64,000 nucleotides of DNA from Lama glama (taxonomy: Eukaryota), in NCBI GenBank assembly GCA_028534125.1, contig CM052830.1, positions 23,746,001 through 23,810,000 on the forward strand, given 5' to 3'. The notes beneath the pieces were generated by a model that had not been told where the DNA came from, made no database searches, and was given only the letters and a program-made list of their open reading frames with translations. Positions within the stretch are counted from its first letter, which is position 1, and every line of letters starts with the position of its first letter. This document shows positions 52,831-64,000 of the stretch, piece after piece. The translations under genes were made by a program, and so were the position numbers.

Positions 52831-55486
52831 CTTAATTGCCTACCCCTCCAGTAGTTTGTCCGCCCCACGTCCTGGGCCCTGCATGATTTCCTTTGTCATC
52901 CATAGACGTCATTTCAGAGCACCCCGGCATTGTCCCCATCCCCGAAAAAGTGGTCAGGGAGTCCTTTCACGAGCCCAGGCCTGGCAGTTGTCGCTGCAAA
53001 ACTTCAGGGGAAAAATGAAATGTGATGAACTTCTGGTGAAATTGCCAAGTGTCGGACCCTGAAAAGCTCCTCCACCTTTTTCAAGCTTAAATTCAGGCGG
53101 TGTTGGGGGAGGGGTGCGCACTCGCAAGCTGATGAAGGTGCGCTTCTGGAGGAGGAGGGATTTACAGAAAGGGCGGCAAGATCGGGGAGCAGGGCTGGCC
53201 TCGGGTGGTTCCCAGCCTCTCGGGTTTCACACACCCGTGAGCGATCTCTCTCCAGAACTCGGGACTAACATGGTTTCCAATCCTTATTTTGTCAAAGTCA
53301 TTGTAAATCAGCTCGAACGGTTGCCTGCTGTTGGTTCATACAACAAAGGGAGTTGAACGTTGGAAAAAAGGAGTGGCAGTCAGGATAAAGCGGCCCCGTT
53401 CTAAGCCCCGGAAGGACAGCTGGGCTGCGCGCACGCAGGGCTCACTCGGCTGGCGCGGGCGGTCCTCCGGGGCTTGCGCGGGGCACACTTCACCGCCGTG
53501 GGGCTGCGTTTGGCCGGCGGCTCTGTCTTGTACTGGTTGCACGGACTTGAGTGAAGCATCACGACCCCTGTGGACCCCACTTTCCTTGTTCGTCCATGTC
53601 TGATCGTCACAGTGGCGAGCCGGAGGGGCCGCAGGGCAGGCTGCAGCCAGAAAATTCTGCGTGTGCCCAAGACTTGCCCAGCAGGTTGCCCAAGGTAGGG
53701 CTGGAGCTGCGGCTTGCAGGCCCCCGTGGTAGGACAGGACAACGACGCTCAGGGAGCGCGCACCGCCAGTCTGGTGCTGCTGGGAGTGGGTGCCAGGGTC
53801 AGCCCCCCTCTGAGAAGGGGAGGCGGTCCCAGAAAGGCCGATCTACCAAGGGTTCCTGGGCACAGCCGAGGATGGAGAGACGGCCGGGACTCAGTCCCAG
53901 CCCTAGAAGCTCACAGTGCGGGTGAGGAGAGATGGCGCAGCCCCGTCCTTTGACCCATGCAAGTGTGGTCGGGAACGCGTCCTTGGGCTGCTGCTGCCTG
54001 GACTGCTGCCTGTCCTCGCTGCCCTGACACAGGCTCTCCAGACCCGCCACGTGAGCCTCACACTGCGCACGCTTCCCCTCCGCCCCCCGCCCCCCGCCTC
54101 CCGCCTGCACCACCCACCTTGCAGAACCTCGGCCCCTCTGCCCTCCTGAAGCCCGGCCCACCTCCGACTGCCCTGCAGGTCGTCCCTCTGCACCCAGCAG
54201 CTCGTGAGGTCTCTCCCGGTCTACGGGGAGGGGCCCACTCATTGCGAAGCATCTGGCTTCCACCCTTCGCCCCCCGAGGCTGCCCACGCCTCTACTCAGC
54301 AGGGCAGCCGAGGCCTTGATACCACTTTTCTCGCCTTTTTCAAAGTCACCCCCTATTCTGCGAAAATCCAGGCTCATCCCAATGACAGCACGAGCGGCGT
54401 TTCCCAGCACTTGTTTGCTTTTGTCCCCAGCTAGACAAGGGCTTCACTGGCCCGGGGCCTTACGAGTGAATAAACGATCAGCTCTCACTGGCTTGAGATC
54501 GTCCTGTTTCTCAGGGCAAGCGGGCTGGCCCGGACACACGACCGGCGCCTGGGGAGGGGACTGGCTTCCGCAGCTCCTCCAGCTGTGTTGTGCCGCCTTT
54601 GCTCAGAGCAGGGAGGTCTGCTGAGCAAATGGAGGGGGCGTGGTTTTCAGAAGCCAGTTTTCACGGCTTTAGTTCACACTGGATTAAGTTCCAAGCGTCC
54701 AGGTCATCGCTAGCAACAGCAGACCAGGCCACTCTCGAGCCTGCCTCTGGGTCACTGCCCGTCCCTGTCCCCCACCCCTAGGCAGCCCAGCCCCAGCAGG
54801 GGCAGTGACTCTCCTAACTTACAGGGTCTATGGGAAGTGCAGAGATGCAAAGACCTGGGTGTTGGGGCAAGAAGTGGCCTTAGCAAGACTTGAATGCTAT
54901 GAACTGGCCATGGAACAGCCTGTGATGATGGAGTGTGAATTTTTTTTTCAAGAATGCAGTGTGTGAGAATTAACTCTTTTTAATATAAAGTATAGCAGAT
55001 GAACCTGATGATCCTTTATTGGCACCGTTAGGCATCACTTGTGTTTTTTGGTGATAACAATATAAAATGTACTCTATAAAATATACCATATTCATGAAGT
55101 ATTTTTAAACGTGACATCAAAGTTGGACCTTTTGTCTTTGAAGAGGTATCTATATGGAGCCTCTGATTTTATAGATCGGACCACTTTAAGGCCCAGGAAG
55201 GGTAAGTAACTTACCATGAGTCACACAGCCTGAGCTGAGACTGTGTCTCACACCCCCTCCCCCCCTACACCTGCAGCACACCCTCAGTGAGGGAGCTGCC
55301 CAGGGGGCCTGACTGAGTGATACTGTTTGGAAGATTAGTAAGCATGAGATGAGGCCTCCTGCCTCTCCTCCCACAGGACTGGTGAAGAAATTCCTCATGG
55401 AAGGGACTTGGCCCACAACAGTCGTGGGAACCAGCCTCCTGCCTTGAGAACACTCGAGAACTCACCCAATCCACCTTGCCCATGGT

Positions 55487-55560
55487 TCCATCTATCCATC
55501 CACCCACGCACTCATCCACTCATCTCTCCAGCCATCCTTCCATCCGCCCATCCATCCAAC
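55487..55560. repeat. Degenerate (CCAT)n simple repeat
   Basis: ccatctatccatccacccac...ccatccatccaacc. Confidence 0.7.
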
Positions 55561-55890
55561 CAACATTCCTACAGTGAGGACCTAACGTGCCAAGCATGGT
55601 TCTGGGTGCTGGGGTGCAAAGATCACTAAGACACAACGCCTGCCCTCTGCACAGAGCCCTCTGCCGGCTGGGAGAAACAGTCACACACACGGACAGCTGA
55701 CATCCCGTGAGGTGTGTGCAGGCACAGATATCACACCACGTAACGGACGTTAACCGGGGTGTGGAGTCAGAGCAAGGGGCTCTTGGAAGGAGCGAGCTGA
55801 ACTGAGGCCTGCAGAGGCACCGTGCCCAGGAGGGTGAGGAGAGGAGTGTTCCAGGTAGGAGGAACAGGATGTGCTAAGGCCTGGGGTGAG
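55540..55890 (-). mobile_element. L2 LINE 3' fragment
   Basis: caaccaacattcctacagtgaggacctaacgtgccaagcatggttctgggtgctgggg...gagtgttccaggtaggaggaacaggatgtgctaaggcctgggg. Confidence 0.7.
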
Positions 55891-56429
55891 AGGGCACATC
55901 CCGCCCACGCGGCTCCCCAGCCCCCTCTAGTTCTCGCTCCTCCCCTGCTCTAGCTCCAGTCCCGCTTGCTTAAGTCCCAGCTCCTGCTGCCTCTCCCTGG
56001 CCAGTCTCCTCCCGTGCGGAAGCCAGGCTAGGATTTGAGCCAAGCAGGCTGGTGACACTCAGGAGGGGGAACCTGCAGAGGCCAGGGCTCAGCCTGAGCC
56101 CTGAGAGGCAGGAGGGTGAGGAGGAAATAAAGGGGTGGGCTGCAGGGCCGAGAACGCCTGTAACGAGCCCCAGGCTCTGGGTCCCCAACTCAACTGACAT
56201 ACAGAGACCTGGAGTTCTGTGCAATGGATCACCGGTCGTGACCATCAGCTGGGTGTGCTCTTCACGCGGTACCTCTGGAAACTGCTTGTCTGTCACCTCC
56301 CCTGCTTGAAGCCCCTTAGTGGCCCTCTGCACAGCAGTGTCTGACTGTCCCCAGGCCTGGCTCTGTGTCTCTTGGGTCACACCTCCGCTCCTCTCCTGTT
56401 TGACGTCGTGCACTAGTCACGTGTGCCTC

Positions 56430-56820
56430 CAGTGCCCTGAAAAGCCACACTCCGATTCTGCGTTCGTACGTGCCTCTCTTCCATCCAGGAGTGCCTTGCA
56501 TCCTTCTTCGAACCCCTGCTCACTCTTTATGACTCAGTTTCAGTTTCGCTTCTTCCAGGAAGCCTTCCCTGATCCCCAACTCCTCTACTCTGAATGGGCC
56601 GTGTCTCCTTTGCGCTGTTGCAGCCGCCTCTGGAAGCTCTCGGTAGCACACACTACACGTGCATTGCGACTGTGAGTTTAACGACGCCATCCTCTCTCCT
56701 GGTGTCCACCGGGCCCTCCCACCAGGTGTGAGCTCTGGGAGCCGGGACCGTGACTTGTGTCTCCAGCTCTTAGCACATAGCACATGCTCAGGAAATGTCT
56801 GTTGAATGAATCAGTGAGTG
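56430..56820 (+). mobile_element. L2 LINE 3' fragment
   Basis: cttccaggaagccttccctgat...cttagcacatagcacatgctcaggaaatgtctgttgaatgaat. Confidence 0.7.
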
Positions 56821-56829
56821 TGATGATGA

Positions 56830-56970
56830 TGACAGCTGTTATTAACAGAGCACTTACTTTGCGTCCACCAGTGTCTAATTCCACACTCATAACTGCCCTA
56901 TGAGGTCAATGCTATTATTATACTCATTTTATAGGAAAGGAAACCGAAGTTCCCAGATCGCACAGCTCGT
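56830..56970 (-). mobile_element. MIR SINE fragment
   Basis: gagcacttactttgcg...ccctatgaggtcaatgctattattatactcattttataggaaaggaaaccgaag. Confidence 0.7.
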
Positions 56971-57649
56971 GGTGTTTGTATGATGTTGCTGCTGCTGGCT
57001 GGGTAAATGATGGATGGGTGGCTGGGTGGATGGATAAATGGATGGTGAACTGGCTGCGTCATGAGGACTGGCTCAGAAACTTGGAGAGATTTGATCCCAC
57101 AGAGTGGGGATCAGTGATCTGGAGGTGAAGACCATAGGAGGGGAAGTCCGAGGAGGACAGAAGTGTCCCCTGCCCGGCTTCGGCCGTCCTCACATCCATT
57201 AGGGCACATCTGTCAATGCCCAGAACACTCCACAGTGTGCTCACCCTGACCCAGACTCTGAACTCCCCTCCCAGGCGGGTCAGACAGGGCAGGGCTGATG
57301 GCTCAGAAGCAGGCCCTGGGGACCTCCTGGGCTGCAGGGGCCAGACACAAGCGCGGATGGGGCTATGGTCTTGTCTGTCCTGGATGTCACAGATGGAAGC
57401 TGCCCATGCAAAGGTTTGCCGGCCACAGGTGACAAGACTTGAAAAAAGTAGCCCTGGAATGTCCAATTCCGGGAAATGGAACTGCAGGCTAACCAGGATT
57501 CCCTTTACCCATGTGGACAGACAGATGTGCTGCATAAAATTAAAGTAAAACCGTTTTAATAGCCTACCTTGAAAGAAAGGTGAGCTCTTCAAGGTCACAG
57601 GTAAGAGACTGTGAAGGGAGGGCGGGCGCGCCCAAGCTCAGAGCACTGC

Positions 57650-59980
57650 GTTAAAACTGTGAGTCAAGAACGGACAGACTTCGATGAGGAGGGATGGGAG
57701 TTCTGAACAGACCACTGACAGAAGTTGGTATATTAAGCTGAGAGAAATTTATAAGGATATCGAAGATTTGAACGACCTAATTGAGACAGAACCCTTCAAC
57801 CAACTATTGAAAAATACAATTATTTTCCAGCACAGCTGGAAGACAGTTTTATCAATCAAGAGAAGCAGATAAAGCATTTTTATAAAATTCAACACCCACT
57901 GATGACTTTTTAAAAAGGACCAAACTAAGAATAAGAGAAGAACTCTTTAATCTGACAGTGGATAACTAAACCCGACCAGCAGTCATCGGTGAGGATGGGC
58001 AGATAACGATGAAGTTTTAGGAGCATTATTTCAAAGTCAACAACAAAATAAGGGTTTCCGTTATTAGCGCTTCTATTCAACATAGTGCTGGAGGCTCCAG
58101 CCGATGCAATAGGACAAAATAACAGAATAAAGAGACAAGTACAATGGTCGAAATGAAAGGAGCAGAGTTACAGTTATTTGCGTGTGAGATGACTATATAC
58201 ATAGAAGACAGGCAAATACTGAAAACAAGTAAGAGCCAGTCCAGTTGCTAGATCCGAAATCAGTGTTCATTAGTCAATAGCCCTCCAGCTGATAAGCAGC
58301 AACCAACTGCAAAATGTAAAGAAATAAAATGCATTTACAATAGCAACAAGAATGACCTACGAATACATCTAAGTGAAGCCACACCAGACCCTTATGGAGA
58401 AAAATATTAAATGTTATGGAAAGAAATCATTTTTTAAAGATCTATGTAGATCATAAGCCATACCTTATTTATGGATGAGAAAATTCAATTTCATTTTAAA
58501 AGCTGTTTTTCCCCCACATCTATGAACAAAACCCAAATAGGATGTTTTCTATATAATTTGATGAACCAACACCAACATAACAGCAAGTATAATTTTGAAT
58601 ACGAAAGGACTCGTCCTCCGGACGCCAGGACTTATGGCAAAGCTGCGGCAGCAGGAGAGTGCGCTCTTGGGGCGTGCACAGACGGACGGGCCAGTGCAGC
58701 CGAGCGGTGGCCACCAAGGGCCTCCTCAGAGGTGAGAGTCTGACTGTGACCAGGTGGCAGCGTGTATCAGTGAAGAAAAGCACCGTTATGAGCAAGTAGC
58801 CCCGGGATAATAGACCATCCTTGTTGCGGGGGGAATGGACCTCTGCCTCACACAACACAAAAACTCCTGTGGGATTTAAGTCTTTATACTTCTAGGGTAA
58901 AATACTGGACTTAGGAGTCTGAGTAGGGAAAGGACCATTGAACAAGACTCAGGAATCAAGGCCTCTAAAAAAAAAAGGTCAATTTGACTACACTAAAATT
59001 TAAAACATCTGCACAATGAGAGAAGCCATAAAGTTACAAAACATGAAAAAATAAATTTAAAAATGCACTGCCTGTGCCCGGCAAAGAAGTGGTGTCTGGA
59101 ATACGGAATGAGCTCTCCCACACCAGCACATGGAGGCAAACAACCCAGGGAGACGGACGGAGAGCAGAGACGCGTGATTCACCGGAGAGGAAGCGGGAGC
59201 CGGCCAGGAAGCAGGTGACGACGCCCCACCTCTCCAGCATCGGGGAAACGCGAATTCAGAAAGCAAAGCAAAACAGAACAGCGCACTCCCATCGGGTTGG
59301 CAAACACTGCTCGCGGGAGCGTAACTGGGTCACCCGCTTCGTAGGGCGTTTGGCAACAGTTAGCGAGTAGAAACAACATGGCCCACGGCCTGGTAGCTCT
59401 CCTCCCAGTGCGAGCCCAGAGACTCCTACAGAGGTGCGCGCAGGGGGACGCACCGCGAGTCTCGCCGCCCTGTTGCTGGAAGCAGCAAAAACAACTGGAA
59501 GCAGCCCGTCCATTCTTGGGGGAACTGCATAAAGGTGTGTGCATTTTTGTGTAATGAAATTGTACAGAGGCGTTAAAATGCATGAGCTGGGTCTTTATGC
59601 GTCAACGTGGACAAACCTCGGAAACACAATGTAGTGTGAAAAGAGCAAGCTGCAGAAGGAGCGTAGGATAGGATACTGTTCATGTCGAATATAAATCCGT
59701 GCAAAACGACTCCAAATTTGAGTATGAGTATCAAAGTATGAAAACACAAGTGGAAAGGACACGTCACTCCAGCAGGACGATGGTAGCTGTGGGGAGGGAA
59801 GGACAGGAGACGAAGGTTCAGTGGGACTTCACTCATCCCCACCACGTTTCATTACCTTTAAAAGAATCTGAGGGCAATCGTGAAATGTTCACATTTTAAA
59901 AATCCGTGTGGTGGCTTTGGTAGTATCATACCATCTTCTGTTCTATGTATCTGAAATATTTCATAATTGAAGATTAAAGA
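57650..59980 (+). mobile_element. Ancient LINE-1 (L1ME/L1M-type), degenerate ORF2 and 3'UTR
   Basis: A-rich strand with RT remnants LLFNIVLEAPADAIGQ (from 58070) and LFACEMTIYIE (~58174-58206, decayed FADD motif). Later aaaacaactggaagcagcc, and a terminal ctgaaatatttcataatt. Confidence 0.8.
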
Positions 59981-60254
59981 AAGGCAGAAAACAGCGCCAG
60001 AGAGGGACTCACCACAGGCGCCCAGCAGAGCCCTGGGCAGAGCGGGAGCAGGTGCGCGTGCCCAGCGGCAGAGGAGCAGAGCCCAGGGTCGCCACGCCAT
60101 CTTAGCTCTGCCCCGGCCTCCCCGGCTGTCAGGCTTTATGGAGTGGTGAAGGCTGGATGAGCAGCCCCTGGGTCCTCCCCGGCCTAGGTGTTCTGTGAGT
60201 CTGATGGTTTTGTAGGTCGCACGGGCACCTGTCTCAGGCAGAGACCATGTGGGT

Positions 60255-60670
60255 TAAATTTGTTCAGCTTTTTTACAAAACACAAAACTAGAGAGAATGG
60301 TCTGATAAATGCCACGTACCCATCATCCGCCTTCAGCAGGTATCCACTCAGAGTCACCCTCGTCTTCCCTGCACCCCAGCTGCCCCCGCCCAGCCAGCAC
60401 CACTAGAGCGGTAAGCAGCGAAGTTAGTAAACATCTCAGTATCTCCAAAGGTGAAGCTCATTTTTAAAGTACAACCGTACGACTACTGACCCACCCCCCA
60501 AATTAACAGTCATTTCCCACGTCACCAAACTCCCACTCTGCATTCGAATTCCCTCAATTCTCTCCTAATTTAAAAAAAAATTTACTTGAATTAGGCCCCA
60601 AAATAAAGTCCATACAAAGCAACTACAGCTGATACGCCTTTTAGGTTCCTTCATATCTCAGCTTCTTTCT

Positions 60671-60709
<39 letters not shown>

Positions 60710-61620
60710 TTGCTGCAGAAACAGGAGTATTTGTCCTCAGAGCCTCTCACGGTCGGATCGTGCTGACGGCCGAGATGCAGTTCGCTCTTGGAGCCCGGTC
60801 AGATCCAGGCGTGTTGTGTGCGGGCTGAGGGGCCGCAAGACTGCTTCTCCTTCTGTATGTCCGCAGTCGCAGGCGGTCCTGGCTAGGGTCAGCAATTTGT
60901 CAGGGGCCACAGCGTGGTGATGCTTTTTTTCTACCTCTTCTTCTCCATCTATTTGCTTGAATTCTGCGATAAATCCTGCCCCTCATGACCTACTTGGTTA
61001 TTCTGAGGTAGAATTTAAGTGTAGGATAAGAACTTACTTGCTTTATCTTTCAGTTTTCAAAGTAAAAAGTTAGTTCCTGAGTATCCGCAAAAGCTGATCA
61101 GTAAGTTTTTCTTTTTTAGAAGTATTTTAAACGTGTGGATTTATACATATTTGTTGTGTTTCGGTCAAGTGGAGTCATCCTGTTGCTCCTCAAATCATCC
61201 TATTTTAGGAAACTTGTTGGAGATGCCTCCGAGGTCTTTCTGATGTGGCTCTGGTCATCTCTGACAGCCGCACTGCTTTCTGGTATAAGACGACGTTCCG
61301 GCTCATCTTGTACATCGTCTGTCCTAGACCTGGAGTCGGCTGTTCTCCAGGGAGCCCTGTTTCCTCTCAGTGGGAAGTAGTATTTAGAGACCACAAGCTG
61401 GGAGCCAGGGGTGCTTGAGGCTAATGGACTGGTCGCTGTTTTTAGGTCCTTTCAGGAGCAGAGCTGGCTTTGTGTATGTGTGCGCGCGCATGTGTTTATA
61501 TGTTAAAACACATCATGAGGTTTACTGATACTTCAAATTCATAGTTGCAAGTTTTTTACTAAACTCATTGATCTTCTGTCTGAATTTCCTTTCAAAGCAG
61601 ATGAACGTCTGAGTGGTTTA
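60255..61620 (-). mobile_element. Ancient LINE-1 (L1MC-type) 3' region
   Basis: aaactagagagaatggtctgataaatgccacgtacccatc; ggagccctgtttcctctcagtgggaagtagtatttagagaccacaagctggg. Confidence 0.65.
60673..60703. repeat. (CA)n microsatellite
   Basis: Direct reading. Confidence 0.95.
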
Positions 61621-64000
61621 CATCCAAGTGACGAGAAGTCCCTCCCTGTTACCCCTTTGCTGCCTGCCTCGTTCCCCACCCCGACCGCGAACTTCCTGAC
61701 ACACAGAGCAAGCCTGAGTGCTCTGTACTCCTGGTTCCTAGCAGAGCACCTGTCCCCTGGTAGGTGCTTGGTAAAAAGTTGCTGAATGCTGAAGAGTGAT
61801 GCTTCCAGCGAAGTCTCCTCCCCTTAAATACAGAAGTAGGGTGAATGCAGACTGAAAACCAACTCAGAACTTTAAGCCCAGTCTACCCACCCATCCAGCC
61901 AGCCGTCGACTCAACAGACACAGAGAGCACGCCCTGTGTCAGAGGCGGGGGTGGGGATGCAGGGGTGACCGGCCCACGCCTCAGGCACCGTCCTCATTAG
62001 CGGGGACAACGAACTGGAACAATGAGAGCAGCTACACAGCAGTGTCATTAACAACCAGCGGCATGGACAGCAGCCGTGGGGGCAGGCGGATCGGGCAGCT
62101 CGCAGGAGGGACGGGTGGGGAGGCGCCCAGGAAGGCTTCCCCAAGGGGATCGCATTTGTCCTGTGTGTCAAAGGGTGAACAGAGAAGGAAGGGCATTCTA
62201 GACACACTAGTCCCTGAGTTGCCGGCCCTCCTACAGCGCTGGGCTCCTTTGCACCCGGATGGCTAAGGGCTTTCACAGACCCCTTGTGCCGGGGCTGGAG
62301 GCTACTCCTTGGAGGACCCGAGTGTCTCCCCCAAGGGGGCTGTAGGAGGGAGGGAGGAGGGAGGGCGCCCACAGGCCTGGGTCCCTTTGCAGAGCACTGC
62401 ACACAGAGGCTGCCCTCTGCAGAGCACTGTATGGAAACCAATGCCAAGTGCTGTGCGTGCTCTCTGTACCTCAGCTCATTTGTCAACGGAAGTAATTTGC
62501 ATTCAGGCTTTGGGGACACACTCCCTGGTCCCTGGGAAGCCCCGAGGACCCATGTTACCAGTTGAGTCCCCATCGCTGTTTTATCAGGGTGTGGCACCCT
62601 CCTCTGACCCTGCGGGCCCCACTCCAAGAGCACAGCTGTGGGGCTCCGAGACCTGCCCCCACGTGCACAGAACTACCCCTGACGCAGCAGCCCCTGGACG
62701 CGGGGATCAAGGGACTGCGGTCATCTGTAAATTATCATCTGGTGATACTTGCCCACCAGCCTGTGAGTTACTTTCCTTTAAATAAATTCACTTTTTAAGC
62801 CTAAGTATAAGCATTGAAAAGGGAAACTTTAAGTCATTATCCTAAATGGGTGTCACTCATCTGCAAAAATATCCTCCACACGAGTAATGCAACGCCAGCC
62901 AATCCAAGCGGCCGAGGCCCGGGTCCTTGGGACTCCCTCTGTGCTAAGGAAGGGGAGACAGAGGTGGGCGCAGCATTTGTGGGCACTGAGGACGCGTCGG
63001 CGCCCGAGTGGAACTTGCTCCCTGACCCGTCAGAATCACTGAGAGTTGGAAGGGGAATGACGTCGCTACTCAGCGAGTCCATGGTTTTCAATGTGTCTTC
63101 ATCTTACTTAAAACACCCTCCCCCACTCCACACTGTGCGAAACCAGATTGAGTCCATTATCCCCATCACAGATGGGGAAACTGAGGCCCAGAGAGCACAG
63201 GGGCTGGGAACGGAAGTTCCACGGAGGCAGGACCCCTCTCAGCCTTGGTCCCTCTGTGCCCTTAGCTCCATCTGCAGAAGGAACCGAACGAGTAACCAGT
63301 AACCTCACGCAGCCGGAGTCAAGGCTGAAAGTAAACCTGAGTTTCTCAGCGCTGGGCGTTTTCTGCATCACAGACTCCCCGACCTGGCCCCCAGCCTCCG
63401 CCACCTCCCCTCACCTTCCTCTTTCAGTCCTACCGGGGGAACTCCAGGGACTGCCCCTCGGGCAGGGCGGTGCGGTCCCGCCTGGACCCCGCTCCTGTAC
63501 CGCGCCTCTAAGTGTCCCCGGGTGCTCAGAGCCCCGTCTCTAGGTGGCCTGACGTGTGCCGTGCAGGAGAGAGGAGGCAGCAGCCCCGAGTTCCCTGTCT
63601 CTGGCCCCAGCAGCCAGCAGCTCCGAGCCCCACTCTGGGCCTCAGCCCTGCCCGCCTCACCTGCCTGGGAGCCAGAGGGGAGCACAGGGGGGCTCGTCGG
63701 GCATGCACGGAGGGGCCCGATGGGTCCTGTCCCTTCATCTTCCCCCTCACTCTTCACTCCGAGGACACTGATCTCTGCCGCGACCCGTGGACTTGGTTCC
63801 CTGCTCTCCTGAGCCGGTCTCCGTGAGGCAGCCGTTTTGTCATCCTGTCAGGGCCGCACCCCCCCCCCTCCGGCCACACACATTTTGTGTCTATCCAGTC
63901 AGCCCTGAGGCTTCGGAGAGGCACAGGATCCAGCTGTTCCCCCGGGTTGCTGCCAGGGTTGGAGTGGCCGACAGCCCTGTTCCCAGATAACTCCAGTTTT

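Noticed and set aside
53020-53066. GTGATGA...CTGA resembling C/D box snoRNA motifs
   Set aside because: The boxes span only about 40 nt, there is no terminal stem, and the site is not intronic.
57684-59370. Short ORFs within the downstream L1
   Set aside because: They are fragments of a decayed ORF2 with stops, frameshifts and a destroyed FADD motif; the element is neither active nor domesticated.
61911-62633. 240-aa minus-strand ORF downstream of TLE3
   Set aside because: Non-ATG start, no family resemblance and no supporting exon structure.

Overview
This is GC-rich eutherian mammal genomic DNA, not microbial. No Alu, B1, CHR or SINEC element was recognised, so the order is not assigned. 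It holds one protein-coding gene on the + strand: TLE3, a Groucho/TLE family transcriptional corepressor. Coding exons 2-20 were read directly with canonical AG/GT boundaries and consistent phases (9170-51004). The 24-nt coding part of exon 1, including the ATG, is inferred to lie in the N gap 8499-8774. The middle 148 nt of exon 15 are N. The reconstructed protein is about 770 aa (Q, GP, CcN, SP and WD40 domains). Upstream is a large CpG-island promoter and a ~1 kb 5'UTR with three uORFs; downstream is a ~1.8 kb 3'UTR. The rest is intronic or intergenic, with ancient MIR, L2, L1M, MER20 and MER5A repeats, microsatellites and enhancer-like motif clusters. I found no new multi-gene system. The best leads are regulatory: (1) a 17-nt microexon whose skipping gives an immediate stop and an AES/TLE5-sized Q+GP protein; (2) apparent loss of two alternative 5' splice sites that make known human/mouse isoforms; (3) a pure (GCC)9 polyalanine tract; (4) the uORFs; (5) DR1/PPRE and RBPJ site sets; (6) GC/CpG gain in old repeats. 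All comparisons with human or mouse TLE3 and with repeat consensi are from memory and need alignment.
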